A stretch of DNA of 62,974 bases, counting the filler. It is 10 parts of 10 records of this genome, joined end to end, with 100 filler letters (N's around TTAATTAATTAA, not from the genome) between each part and the next. Parts side by side here need not be neighbours in the genome. Positions count along the whole stretch, not along the records: positions 19,726 to 23,230 come from SRR15195285_1010; positions 23,331 to 30,699 come from SRR15195285_1012; positions 30,800 to 38,356 come from SRR15195285_1013; 7 more parts are not named here. One strand, written 5' to 3'. Below, piece after piece: positions 20,305 to 31,585 of this stretch (positions are counted from its first letter, which is position 1; each line of letters starts with the position of its first letter). The notes beneath the pieces are model-generated. The model did not search any database. It saw nothing but the letters and a program-made list of their open reading frames with translations, and was not told the DNA's origin. The position numbers and the translations under genes were made by a program.

Positions 20305-23229
20305 TCACACCATGATGTGCTGCAGCTCTTCCAGGCTCAGCTCGCCGTTCCTGTCAAGGTCGTGCTTCTTGAAGACTTTTGCAGCCAGCTCTTTGCCACA
20401 CTGAGTCGCCAGCTCCTGCTGCGATACGCTGCCTGAGTGGTCGGCGTCAAGGCTCCCAAGCAAGCTCTCGGCGCCGGCACTCGGGATGATCCGTATGCCC
20501 CGCACCCCGTCTGTCTTCGTCGGCTCGAAATGCACCTCGAGCTTTGACTTTGACAAATCCTGGTGCGACGCGAGCTGCTTGAACTGCCGCACACTGAGCT
20601 TCGAGTTTTTGCGCTCTGTGGCGATCACCGTCTCGACGACATCGTAGGACGAAAGGATGGCGCCACTGATGAGATTCACGAAGAGCATCGTCATTGTCAG
20701 GATGTAGGCGAGAAAGTAGGCCTCGATGAACCCGCCGCGGCTATCCACCGCCGCCTGCTTCACGCCGTCCCAAGCCTCGCCGATCAACAGCTGGAACAGC
20801 GTTGTCGGTGAGTCAAGCATCGAGTTGAAATTGGCTTGCGGCATATCGTACACAGATTCGTCCAGGTGGCGAAAGCGACCCGCGAGGAGCCAGCAGCCCA
20901 GACATGCAAACCAATATATCCCCACGCAGCATAGCGTGAATAGATGGGTGTATTGGGGAAGAATTGCTCCAAGGCAGAACCAAATGGTCCTGAGCTTCAT
21001 GGCGGCGCTGAAGAGTCGCATGATCGGGATCGCAATTGCGATCCTATTCCAGTTTTCCAGCCCCCCAAACCATTGCTGCCCGGTGCTTTCGGCTTGTGGC
21101 ACACCACCGAGTACCTGACCGACAGCCAAGGCTGCGAAGAACACGGAAAGTATTGACACGCTGAGGTCGTATCGGTTCTTCGCTTGGGCGAAAATGCTGT
21201 GCGGCACGTCCCAAAACGCGGTGAAGCTCCCAGGCTTCCTGGTCAATTTAATCTTCCAGCCGTCCCAGGAAATTCGTACCTTCACTGCAAGGACTCTGAA
21301 AAGTACGTCCACGTGAAAGATTCCGGCGCAGATTGTGCAGAGCACGTCCATACCCAGCCCAAAGACCAGCATGCCTGTGTTGATGCTTGCGAGCGACAAG
21401 CAATGTACCACAGACACGACTGAAAGGGCCCAGAAATGTCCGGTAGACTCGGCATCGTAATCGTCTTGCTCGTAGAGTTGATGAACATTCGAATGCCACC
21501 AGTGATTGAATTCGTCGAAAGATACCCCACCGTCATCATCCTTGTCCATATCGGTCATCGCCCTTGTCAGTTTTTCCGTGGTCATCCCCATCCCCATTAT
21601 CTCGCACAGATGCCGAACCTCATCGATCGAGAGCGTCCCATCACCATCTTCGTCGACCGCGGCATAAAGATCCAGTGCATCCTGCGTCATCTTGGTCGGG
21701 CTGGGGCCAACTAGAGATCGCTTAACGCTTTGGCTCCGCACTCCCTTCAACATACCCGTCGAAAATGGCAGGGACCGGGTCGAGGCCCTGCGAACATTTT
21801 GGGATGCGCGTTTCCTTATTTTGGCTGTCTCTGCATCTACCTGGTCAAAGCTGACCTTATCCAGCTTGCTGCTGCGCAGCTCTTTCAGTAACTGCTCGCA
21901 CAACTCGGCGAACTCTCCGACGCTCAGTCGCATGTTATCAAATAGCGCGCGCATGCCCATACCTTCTTTTCCGAGCTTCACATGATTCAAATTGACCGCC
22001 GCCAGAAAATCGCTGGTTTGTTTGACTGTCAGTTCGTTCAGGCCACCGCGGTCGAGAACCAGGTATGACGCCACAATGCCTTCCAGCTGGCGTGCTCTCT
22101 TCGTCTCATCTCTGTCCTTGTGCTGCTTGGTGTATTCGCTTTCGAACGTCGCGATCAGCAAGGATACCATGACAACTGTACCAAGGATCGAACCCGTCGC
22201 AAAATACACGTGGAACAAGTACGACGGGCACCATCCATCTTCGTGGCCATTTGCATGCTCGCACGCGACGATAGGCCAGACAGTCGAGGGCCAGTTCTCT
22301 GCGGTCGACATGTACGTGAACAGTGTGCTGGACGCAGCAAAGATGTCGGCGAAGTTTGACCCGTTTGCGTCGCTGAACAGGACGACGCCTACAACCCCGA
22401 ACACGACGAGGAGAGCTGCAAAAAGCATGAAGATAGCAGAAGACTTCTGCAGAGTTCTGAGGAAGCCGAACGTGCCAGCTCGGAGCGAATCAGATCGTAG
22501 GATGAAAACAACCGGTCGAAGCAAAGCCGTGTACGGGAGTAGTAGGACAATGACATCTGTGCTGTCACGCGGTGCTGGACCAGTTGTGTATGTCGTGCCA
22601 AGGACACGCTGCGCTGCCCAATCAGCTGTGATGATCAATATCAGTGCTGCGCGTGTCAACAGAGACCACTGCCAGATAGGTGGCTGTGAACCATTCTGCA
22701 AACGCCGATCCAAGAGATCTGTCTCGTCAGCCGGGGGCAAGTCGGCAGCAATGGACGGTCGCAACACCGAGTGCGGTCTCTCGTAGCGTTTCAACCCGTC
22801 GTGCACGTAGCAGTACAGCAGGAGATCGCACCAGTATAACGTGATGCAGCAAATGCCGACGAGCAGAATCGTGGCGAGCTGATCCTCGAGCCGAGCAGTG
22901 TCGTCGGACGAGAGCGGCGTGTCGCCGCCGGGAGCCTCCCACAGTACAAGTGCCATATGCGCAACGCAAATGACGCTGAACAGCATTTGATACATGCCAG
23001 AGTGCCAGATTCTGCTCAGCTTCAGCTTGGAGAACTCGCCCTTTCTCTCCCAGCGGCAAATGTCGCCAATTCTGCACGTGCTCTTGTGGCCAACCGTCAG
23101 GAAAGTGTGGCACCGATACCAACTGTTCACGTCCGTATGCAGTGTACGCGGGGCCGCTCGCTCGGCGTCGCCGGGTGGGCTTCTTGCCACAGCCACCGAC
23201 GACATTCGAGACATGTCGAAGAAATCCTG
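20305..23229 (-). CDS. Two-pore-channel-related (2 x 6TM) cation channel with four EF-hands; probably 5'-partial
   Basis: Two transmembrane bundles with pore loops LFTYMSTAENWP and LFQLLIGEAWDG, and S6 motifs SLLIATFESEY and NLISGAILSSY. EF loops are DEDGDGTLSIDE, DKDDDGGVSFDE, DADHSGSVSQQE and DLDRNGELSLEE. The frame is open to the contig edge (first ATG 23214). Confidence 0.85.
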   Translation of the reverse strand, partial: QDFFDMSRMSSVAVARSPPGDAERAAPRTLHTDVNSWYRCHTFLTVGHKSTCRIGDICRWERKGEFSKLKLSRIWHSGMYQMLFSVICVAHMALVLWEAPGGDTPLSSDDTARLEDQLATILLVGICCITLYWCDLLLYCYVHDGLKRYERPHSVLRPSIAADLPPADETDLLDRRLQNGSQPPIWQWSLLTRAALILIITADWAAQRVLGTTYTTGPAPRDSTDVIVLLLPYTALLRPVVFILRSDSLRAGTFGFLRTLQKSSAIFMLFAALLVVFGVVGVVLFSDANGSNFADIFAASSTLFTYMSTAENWPSTVWPIVACEHANGHEDGWCPSYLFHVYFATGSILGTVVMVSLLIATFESEYTKQHKDRDETKRARQLEGIVASYLVLDRGGLNELTVKQTSDFLAAVNLNHVKLGKEGMGMRALFDNMRLSVGEFAELCEQLLKELRSSKLDKVSFDQVDAETAKIRKRASQNVRRASTRSLPFSTGMLKGVRSQSVKRSLVGPSPTKMTQDALDLYAAVDEDGDGTLSIDEVRHLCEIMGMGMTTEKLTRAMTDMDKDDDGGVSFDEFNHWWHSNVHQLYEQDDYDAESTGHFWALSVVSVVHCLSLASINTGMLVFGLGMDVLCTICAGIFHVDVLFRVLAVKVRISWDGWKIKLTRKPGSFTAFWDVPHSIFAQAKNRYDLSVSILSVFFAALAVGQVLGGVPQAESTGQQWFGGLENWNRIAIAIPIMRLFSAAMKLRTIWFCLGAILPQYTHLFTLCCVGIYWFACLGCWLLAGRFRHLDESVYDMPQANFNSMLDSPTTLFQLLIGEAWDGVKQAAVDSRGGFIEAYFLAYILTMTMLFVNLISGAILSSYDVVETVIATERKNSKLSVRQFKQLASHQDLSKSKLEVHFEPTKTDGVRGIRIIPSAGAESLLGSLDADHSGSVSQQELATQCGKELAAKVFKKHDLDRNGELSLEELQHIMV

Positions 23230-23230
23230 G

Positions 23231-23330
23231 NNNNNNNNNNNNNNNNNNNNNNNNNNNNNNNNNNNNNNNNNNNNTTAATTAATTAANNNNNNNNNNNNNN
23301 NNNNNNNNNNNNNNNNNNNNNNNNNNNNNN
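23231..23330. other. Artificial contig linker
   Basis: N44-TTAATTAATTAA-N44. Confidence 0.99.
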
Positions 23331-23753
23331 CAGGATGGTCGGTATCCCAGCGGTGAGTGTGCACTGTATCCGTCGAATCCGGGAAGCTAGGAAACCAGTG
23401 TCAGATTTGGCATCGTCAATCTGGGCACTCCGCGAGCGGCCGAGCGCCGGCGACCGCAGCACGCCGGCGCCGGCGGCGTGGAGAGGATCAGATCGGCGTC
23501 GCCGGATGGAGATCGCGCCCGTCGACGTCCCCTCGCTCCTCTTAGCTTGTCCACTACACGTGTCCGGATAGCCTGCATCTACTATCATTTCCGCCATTCG
23601 TGCCGCGCTGCGACGGAACGTGAAGGGAGACCGAGAGGGAGACACACGCACTACGTACGTAGCGCGACGACCCTGCGCAGGCCACGCAGTGTACACGTGC
23701 CGCGGCTGGGCGGAGAACGTCAAAAGGTGCACGCTGCTGGCACGTGTCACGCA

Positions 23754-26700
23754 ATGGAGCGCTGCCACACCTGGCAGCAGCGCGTGCTCGTCGCATCGTT
23801 CGTGCTGGTGGCAGTAGTGCAGGCGACAGCGACGCCGGGCCTCGCCGACGGCGATGATGGCTCGAGCGTGTTGGCCGCGCCGACACGCCTACGCGTGGAG
23901 TACCTGGAGGAGCCGATCTCAATTGACAGCCTGTCGCCTCGGTTCTCCTGGGCGCTTCCCTCGGACTGCCGGCGGGGGAGCGTTCAGGCCTCCTACCGCC
24001 TGGTGGTGATGACTGCGCCAGTGGGCGAGCGCGCTGTCCCAGAGCAGGTCTGGGACTCTGGCACGGTGAAGTCGAACCAGACGCTAAACATCCACTATGC
24101 ATCCGCGACGAAACTGCTCAGTGACACCGACTACAGCTGGAGTGTGACCTGGACCGATCAGTCCGGAGCCACCAGCATGGCTGGCAACTCTACATTCTCT
24201 GTAGCGATTCTGGGCCAGGAACCTGTGGATTGGGGTGGGGCCAGTTGGGTTTCGTCAGCGGAAAACGGCTCGCTCAGCACCTACCGTGCCGAGTTCAGCC
24301 TGCCGAGCACACCGGTACGCGCTCGGCTGCACTATGCTGGCTTAGGCTACGCGAAGGCCTGGGTCAATGGGAATGCGACAGACGAGCACGAGTTAGGCCA
24401 GTACGTGACGTTCCAAGAGCGGGTCCTGTACGACTCGGTCGATGTGTTGCGGCTGCTGCGGAAGGGCAAGAATGTGCTCGGTTTGATGCTTGGTAACGGC
24501 TGGCTCGAGCCTCGAGGCGAGAGCAGCGCCCTGGCTCCGCGGCAGTTTATCGCCCTGTTGACCGTGACAGCGACCGACGGGACGGTCACCAGGTTTCACT
24601 CGAGCACAGTAGCGGCGAGCCCTCACCCAGCAGCGCTGCTTTTCCACGCGACTGTTGGGCCAGCCCAGACGGAGGACATGTTCAAAGGGGAGGACTTTGA
24701 TGGCCGTGTCGCAGCGGCGCTGACAGGCTGGTCGCGCCCTGAGTATACTCCGATCATTGTGGCGGACAGTATGACCGATTTGTTGGTGCCTGTGTGGGTG
24801 GCTGCGACCGCACCACTGACTGGGCCGGACAGCTGGGGCTCGAGCCTCAACGCGCACCACGCCGCAAATATCATCCAGACCAAAGAGATCTTCACGCCTG
24901 CCAACATCAGCCAGCCTGTGCCAGGCAAGTACGTATTCGACTTCGCACAAAACATGGCCGGCCAGGTAACGCTGCGCGTGCCGAGCTGTCCTGTGGGTAC
25001 GGTGATTTCAATGCAGCACACGGAAGTCCTCAGCCGGAACGGTCAGGTCCGCAACAGTTTCTGCCTGCGGCCTAAGAAGTGGCTCTGTGGCCTACGCCAA
25101 TTTGCCAACTACACGTGTAGTGGTGTAGAGCCAGTGGAAGAGTACCACGTCATGTTCACGTCGATGGGGTTTAGATACGTTGAGGTCAGGTAGGTTGCTG
25201 CACCGTCACAACATTGTCATCTTAGTCGCAGGATTTCCTCATCGTGTGCTGGCTCTGAATTAGAAACTCCATGGTGCACTGACGCCGCAGTGGTTTTCCT
25301 GGCATTCCGACCGCGGAGGCCCTCACGGCACATTTCGTGCATAGCGATGTGCCACAGGCGGGCAAGTTTGTCTCGTCCTCTTCTCTGCTAAACGCGATTC
25401 AGCACGCGACGCTGTACTCAGCTGCGTCCAATCAAATGGACCTGCCCACGGACTGCCCGCAGCGCGAACGCCAGGGCTGGCTTGGCGACGCGCAGCTGGC
25501 GTTCGAAACTGTGGCGCATAACTTTGACGTCGGTGCATTTTACACTAAATGGGTCCGAGACCTGGGTGATGTGCAGGTCTTCGACGCCAAAACTCTAAGT
25601 GGCGCTATGCCAGACACTTGTCCCTGCTACTCGTCATCTAGTTCGGTCATAGAGGCTGATCCAGGGTAAGCTCACAGTCAGACACCAACACCATTTCTAA
25701 CCAGAGCAATCGATCGTCTTATGTGCTGTGATGTCTTGCTAGATGGGCGATAGCGGCGTGGGTTATCCCAACGCAGTTCTCATCATACTACGATGACGAT
25801 AGGCTGGAGCGCGCTTTCTATCCTCACCAGGTCTCTTACATGGAACACTGGATCTTGCTCGCGCAGCAAAATGGCGGCGAGCTTCCACCGACGCTGCAGC
25901 ACTCTGGTGACTGGGGCTGCATGCAGCCAGGACCGAACAACTGTGGCCCAGTAGAGTACAGTCAGTACTTCTACACGACAGCTCTCGCCTTGCAGGCACA
26001 GTGCGCCACACAGCTCGGCAAGCCCACCGATGCAGCGCGGTATGGCAAGCTGCTCAAAATGGCGGCACAACTTTACATCAAGAAGTACTTTCACAGTGAG
26101 AGTGGTTGCTTTGGGAATTGCACAGACATCTCGCAGATCTTTGGTCTGACCTTGGCGAAAAAACACGGAATGCTCAGCCCAGATGAGGAAATGCGTGCGT
26201 GGTCAAAGGCGCTTGCATGGTTTGGCGAGAACGGCAGGTATGAGGGGCGATTTGGTGGGGGGATAGTCAGCTTCAAGTTGCTGTACCCGCTGCTGGATGC
26301 CTTTGGAATGAGCGATCTCGGATTGAAACAGCAGCTACACACCGACAAGCCACCAAGCCTTGGCTACTGGATTGCGCAAGGTGGCACTACGCTGTTCGAG
26401 TGCGGCCACCTGCAGTTTTTCTGACTGGATAAATCCAAACCGGTAGACCTCTCGTGTTTAATTTGTGTGTCGTTTTTAAAATTTACCTGAGTGCTCTGCT
26501 AATACAGATACTGGGGCAATGCCGAATTTTCGACACCAAATCTTTTGAACTCCTATAATCATATAATGTTTGGTGAGCCATGAACCATAGAGCGAAGCCA
26601 TGAACAATAGCGATGCAATTGATTGGTTCTGAGCCAGGCTGCGCGTGGCAATAGGTGGCTCGGGGAGCTGGTATTATTCTACGCTGGCGGGCTTGCGCCG

Positions 26701-27097
26701 TGCCCCCGGAAGCCGCTCCTGGAAGGAGTTGATCATCGCTCCACCTGCACCGGGAACAATCAGCGATCTAACTTGGGCAAACGCCTCGATTGACACCCCG
26801 ATGGGCGTGGTTGGCTCTGCGTGGAGATTCGACAATACCACCGACAGCGGAAGCTACAGTTTGCACGCGACTGTGCCGCCCAATGCGCTTGCACGTGTGA
26901 TCATGCCCACTCTGGTCGCGCCAGCTGCCGCCACAATTACGGATGGAGGCTCAGTTGTGTGGGCACACGGTGTTTTTTTGGCGGACACTGGCGTTCACAA
27001 CGCAGTTTCGGCAACCCGAGAAAAGTCTGTTGTCTTCGAGGTGGGTAGCGGCGAATACTTCTTTACTACACGTCAGCCATCAGATGGCAAAAAATAA
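23754..27097 (+). CDS. Alpha-L-rhamnosidase family GH78, secreted, multi-exon
   Basis: Hydrophobic leader, then PTRLRVEY...PRFSW, VWDSG.V.S, DFAQNMAG, GFRYVEV, PTDCPQRERQGWLGDA, GDW, LGYWIAQGGTTLFE and SYNHIMFG. Confidence 0.93.
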
Positions 27098-27167
27098 GCG
27101 AGGAGTGACCAATAATTATACCACAGAGCGAAAAGAAGAGCGCTGTTCGGTCCGTTGCGGCAACGGT

Positions 27168-30100
27168 TCATAGCACTAGAACAGCATTCACGGGGCCGAA
27201 CGACGTGTCCAACTCTGGCGTGACCTGCCACGATGCTTGATCGCCTATAGCCTCGGTCTTGGTCACTCTTCCAACGACGTCCAACACCCCGGGCCCAAGA
27301 TAGCTCATGATTGTAGAACCGTCTCGATGAGCGTGTGTTGTCATCCGTGCAGAATCCCCCATCTCCGTCACCATGTCGCCACTACGCTCGTTCTCCGCAG
27401 ACACGATAAAGTATCTCTCGCCGGCTACAAGCCGCACAAGAGGCACGAAGGCCGACGTGTAGCACATCCCGAGAACATCTCCATCACAAGCCATATCAAC
27501 TGACACATTTGTTTGGGCGAGCATAGACACACCATCGGATTCACGAAAGACCTGCATAGCGTGGATTTGGCTGTTGCCACGGGTCTTGTACCGCCCAAGC
27601 TGCACAATGGTGACTGGTACCTTGGCCTCCACAACCATACCAGCCCAGCCAGTAAAATTAATCACTTTCTGCCCAGGCAAACAATCGAAGAGAAAGCTGC
27701 CCAGCGGCATTGCTGCTCCACTCCGTCGAGTCAGCGCGATGTCGTCAAATACGGCATTAACCCAAGACGAGCCAAAGCCCGCGACGCCGCTCCCCAGAGT
27801 CACTTGTACAGAAGCTGCACCAAAAAGATTCTTTCCGTCTATCCAAGCAGTTAGTTCATAACCTAAAAACTGCAGCTCAACAGTCTGCCATGTCGAAGCT
27901 TCAATTGTTGCTGCAGCTTTGCCAGATGCAACCACACTACCAGTGCTGCTGTCCGCAGCTTCAGTAAGAAACCAGGTCCCAGATCGGGCAACAGTAAGGC
28001 AGACACCGAAAGGCACAGTCAGATTACCACTCTCGGTTCTCACAGTAGGGCTGCCTCCGCCTGGTGGCCAAACCGGAACTCGCCCACACACGACAATTGC
28101 ATCCGACTCGGACCTCGTGTCGAGGCCGCCTAACAGCTTCGCCCGGACGGAAAATGCATAGTTCATCCAATTTGTCCCAGAGGGAAGGCTAGTGAAGGGA
28201 CTTCTGTGAATGTTGGTGAAGTGACTCCACGCGTTGCGACCAGGATTTGTCGGGACGCTTTGCAAGACGACGTGCCCTTCACTTGCTTCCTCTGAAGGAG
28301 CAAAATCTTCAGCAGGAGCGACTTCGAACGCTCCAAATACGTCTGATAACATGGCACCTGGCGCTCCCACTGGCTGATCATCGAAGTCGGCAGACCAGGG
28401 CAAGGGGAACTGTTTGCGTGGAGGATTCCAAGATACATCAGCATGCTTCCCAGCTGCCGTTAGTGTGGTCAGAGTTGTCACAGAGCGACCAGGCAAGGTC
28501 AGGTTTACAGTGCCTCGAACGCCTATGCGGATGCTCTCGACTTGCTGGAAGTAGTGGCTCTTAACAGTCTCCCATCGCGCAAGCGTCTGGCCTCCATTTT
28601 CAAAACCTTCTCCCAGCGACAAGTCAACCTTGACACTTTTGTTCGCTGTGTGTACGAAAACCAGAGTTAAGTTTCCTGGAACCACAGTCGCATCCAGAGC
28701 TGCTTCTTTTGACATGTCCGTCAGGGCAGCCCACACAGTGTCGCAGCGCTCGCTGTCCTCTGAATCACACCGCTCGCCTGTCCCAGCACCCCCGAGGAAA
28801 TGCCAGCCAGGACGTGTAAACTGCGTGAAGTGAGCCTGTGACCAGAACGCAGCCCCTAAGCCGAAGTGACCTGACCATGGCTCTACAAACTGAGAATGGC
28901 CATGATTCTGCCGTCCATAATTCCACGTGAAAGAGTGCGTGATCGGGCAGAGAATCGTCGCTGTGGCACCAGCTCTGATATAATTCGTAATGAATATCCG
29001 CGGCCACCCCAGCCCGGCGCCGTACTTGTTCTGTTCGGTTGGCTCCCATTGAGGCAGTGGCCCGTCGATAAGATTCTGCTCCGAGTTCCACAGGTGCAGA
29101 CCTCGCGGATTGATAGTCGTAATGTTTTGCCAGCCTGGTGCACCAGCAGTGCCCTCTACGTCGTGACCGTGGATACCGATCATGTCCACAGCACCAGTTA
29201 GCTGCTTGTCACGCTCCAACGCAACCGTAATATCGCCACTGCCGAACTCCTGGCAGTCCAAGCAACCTTTGGAAGATCCATCGGGCACCACAATTTGCGT
29301 CTCGCCCATGCCTTGATCGTTCAGAGCCAAGCGCAGCTCTTTGATGTAGCTACGGGTCCAAGGACTTTCGTTCCAAATCCCTGCATAGCCGATTGACCGT
29401 GTTTTCCAGACGTGATTGTCAATGTTCTGTTACACTCAATGTTCACCATATGGTGCCAACTGTGTTGGCAGCTGTTTGTGATGTTCGACTTACCTACGTA
29501 GTCGAATGAAATTCCGTGCTCTGCCTTTGCCCCTGCGAGATAATCTGTGTGATACTTTACACCTTGTGAACTCAGAACGCCATCTGTCGAGCCATTGACA
29601 TTACCCACCCAATGTGGCAGCCCCCAGTACGTAGGGCAGAAGCCAAACGGTAGCGGGTCAGCATTCACATCAACGTGGAGGCAGAGCTACAAATGTGCCG
29701 TCAAGCCTCGCGAACCTCAGGGCATAGAGCTTGATGTCAGGCTGTCGCCTCTTAGCTTCTTTGATCAGCCACGGCAAATATATGCCACGGTTGAAGCTCA
29801 CGCTCGCTGGGTCAGCTGTGTGCTGAAAACTCGGACCGCTGCCATAGCTTGAGTCACTGTCCCCCTCGATCTCCACCTGGCCCGATCAAAATAGCACGTT
29901 GATCTTCAGATTGGGCGTGTGAGAAGGCTCAGGAAATCGGCAGTACATTAATTTACCCACCTTCAGGATGTGGTAAAACGCTCCTCCAGCACTGGGATCG
30001 AACAGCAGATCAAGGATTTTTCCGCGCGTTGGCTCCGGATATTCGTACAAGAGCCTGGCGCCACCGACCGCCGCAAGCCCACCTATCCCGTCGAACCGCA

Positions 30101-30539
30101 TCCCCAGATTCCCACTGGTAAAGGCGATGTTGAGCGGTGGTGCAGGTGGAGGTGACGTCGGTGCGAACGGTGCTGGCAGGGTACAGTTTGGCCCAGCGGC
30201 GCGGCACAAAACGGCCGAGGTACGGGCCTGACCCCTTTTAATGGGCTCAGCTATGAGCTTGCGGTGCAGCCAGCAGTCGAATCCCGCCCCAGCGCCACCA
30301 CCCTTGTGATCGATCCCCAGGCACTGAGGATTTGCGCAGCAGGCACTGAGGCAGGCATTGAGGGTCCGGTTCGCCAGGTGCGCCAAATTGCCGCCGCCAA
30401 GCGCACTCTGGCTGACTGCTGGCAAGTACACCGCGGGGCACGCTGGCTCCAGTGCGCCGGCTCCCACCGTAGACAGCAGCACGCTGGTGCCCAGTAGCAG
30501 CAGCATCACGGCGACCATGCGCCGCCATGGGTGTTGCAT
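27168..30539 (-). CDS. Galactocerebrosidase-like GH59 enzyme with N-terminal PAN/Apple module and extra C-terminal domain, multi-exon
   Basis: Signal peptide, then FDGIGG..GGARLLYEYPEP.R..ILDLLF, ILKVEIEGD, LIKEAKRR.PDIKLYAL, GIWNE (acid/base), LWNSE (nucleophile), AHFTQFT.PGWHFL and FPLPW..DF. Confidence 0.9.
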
Positions 30540-30699
30540 CTTGGTTGCATCAGGGTCGCACCGCCGACCGCGCCCGTCCGCGTCGGGGTGAGTCTGAATC
30601 CTCGCGCGCGCCGGCGGCGCGCGCGCGCGTGCGTGCAGTGCGTCGGGGTGAACAGTCTGGGATTGATACTACAGTGAACGCTCACGATTTGGAAACCGA

Positions 30700-30799
30700 N
30701 NNNNNNNNNNNNNNNNNNNNNNNNNNNNNNNNNNNNNNNNNNNTTAATTAATTAANNNNNNNNNNNNNNNNNNNNNNNNNNNNNNNNNNNNNNNNNNNN
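30700..30799. other. Artificial contig linker
   Basis: N44-TTAATTAATTAA-N44. Confidence 0.99.
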
Positions 30800-30828
30800 C
30801 GGGCATAAGGCCTTATGCCCGGTGTCAA
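30800..30828. repeat. Palindromic element copy 2 (CGGGCATAAGGCCTTATGCCCG-GTGTCAA)
   Basis: Perfect 22-bp palindrome beginning at the first base of the contig. Confidence 0.92.
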
Positions 30829-31585
30829 CTCAGTACCAGCCCCCGCGCTCCAAAGCTCAACAAATGCGGCCACACGCACCCTGCGTTTTCAACACCTGAG
30901 TCAAACCAGAGACTAGAATATCACCAAGATGATAGTGTATGTGTCGGTCCGTATTTGACTGATGATGACTTACCCACACCACGCATGGGCGCCGGCGGTG
31001 TCCACGAGCGCCCCCCGTCGCTTGAGAGCGCCTGGTAGTAATACCGATAAATCCCACACTCCGGTTGCTAACGCGCTCGCGCTGGTTACACGTGTCGCAA
31101 AATTCGCCAGCGCAATGGCGCCTCAAAAGGTCCATCTGCCTGTGCTTCGCTCCTTGGCAAAGAACATTGGCTTGGTATAATACTAAAACGATGTATCATA
31201 GACAATGATTATGAGATGTGTAGATTGGGTCTCTCAGAGGGCATAAGTCGAATAAGGGCTGTTCGATGGCTGCCCGTCCGGCGCGAGCTACAGCTACCAG
31301 TAGCCGGCCACGCATGTGCAGCTTTTGCAGGCCAGCCAGCAGGCGCCGTACGTAATAATCTAATATTCGAATACATGTAGTTCCACAGCAAGACCTTGGC
31401 ACCGGCGACGGCCTCGGCGTCGGAGCTACGTTTTGTTGCGTCGGACAGGTTGTTGCGTTTTGTACACTCGCGCCGTGCGCGTCCTCTGCAAGGCTTCAAG
31501 CCAGAACTTCCAACGGTGACGCAGCTGAGGGGCCACCGCGGTGTCCTCGCGAGAGCCTTCCTGGCGAAGCAATCTGGCGACGCTG

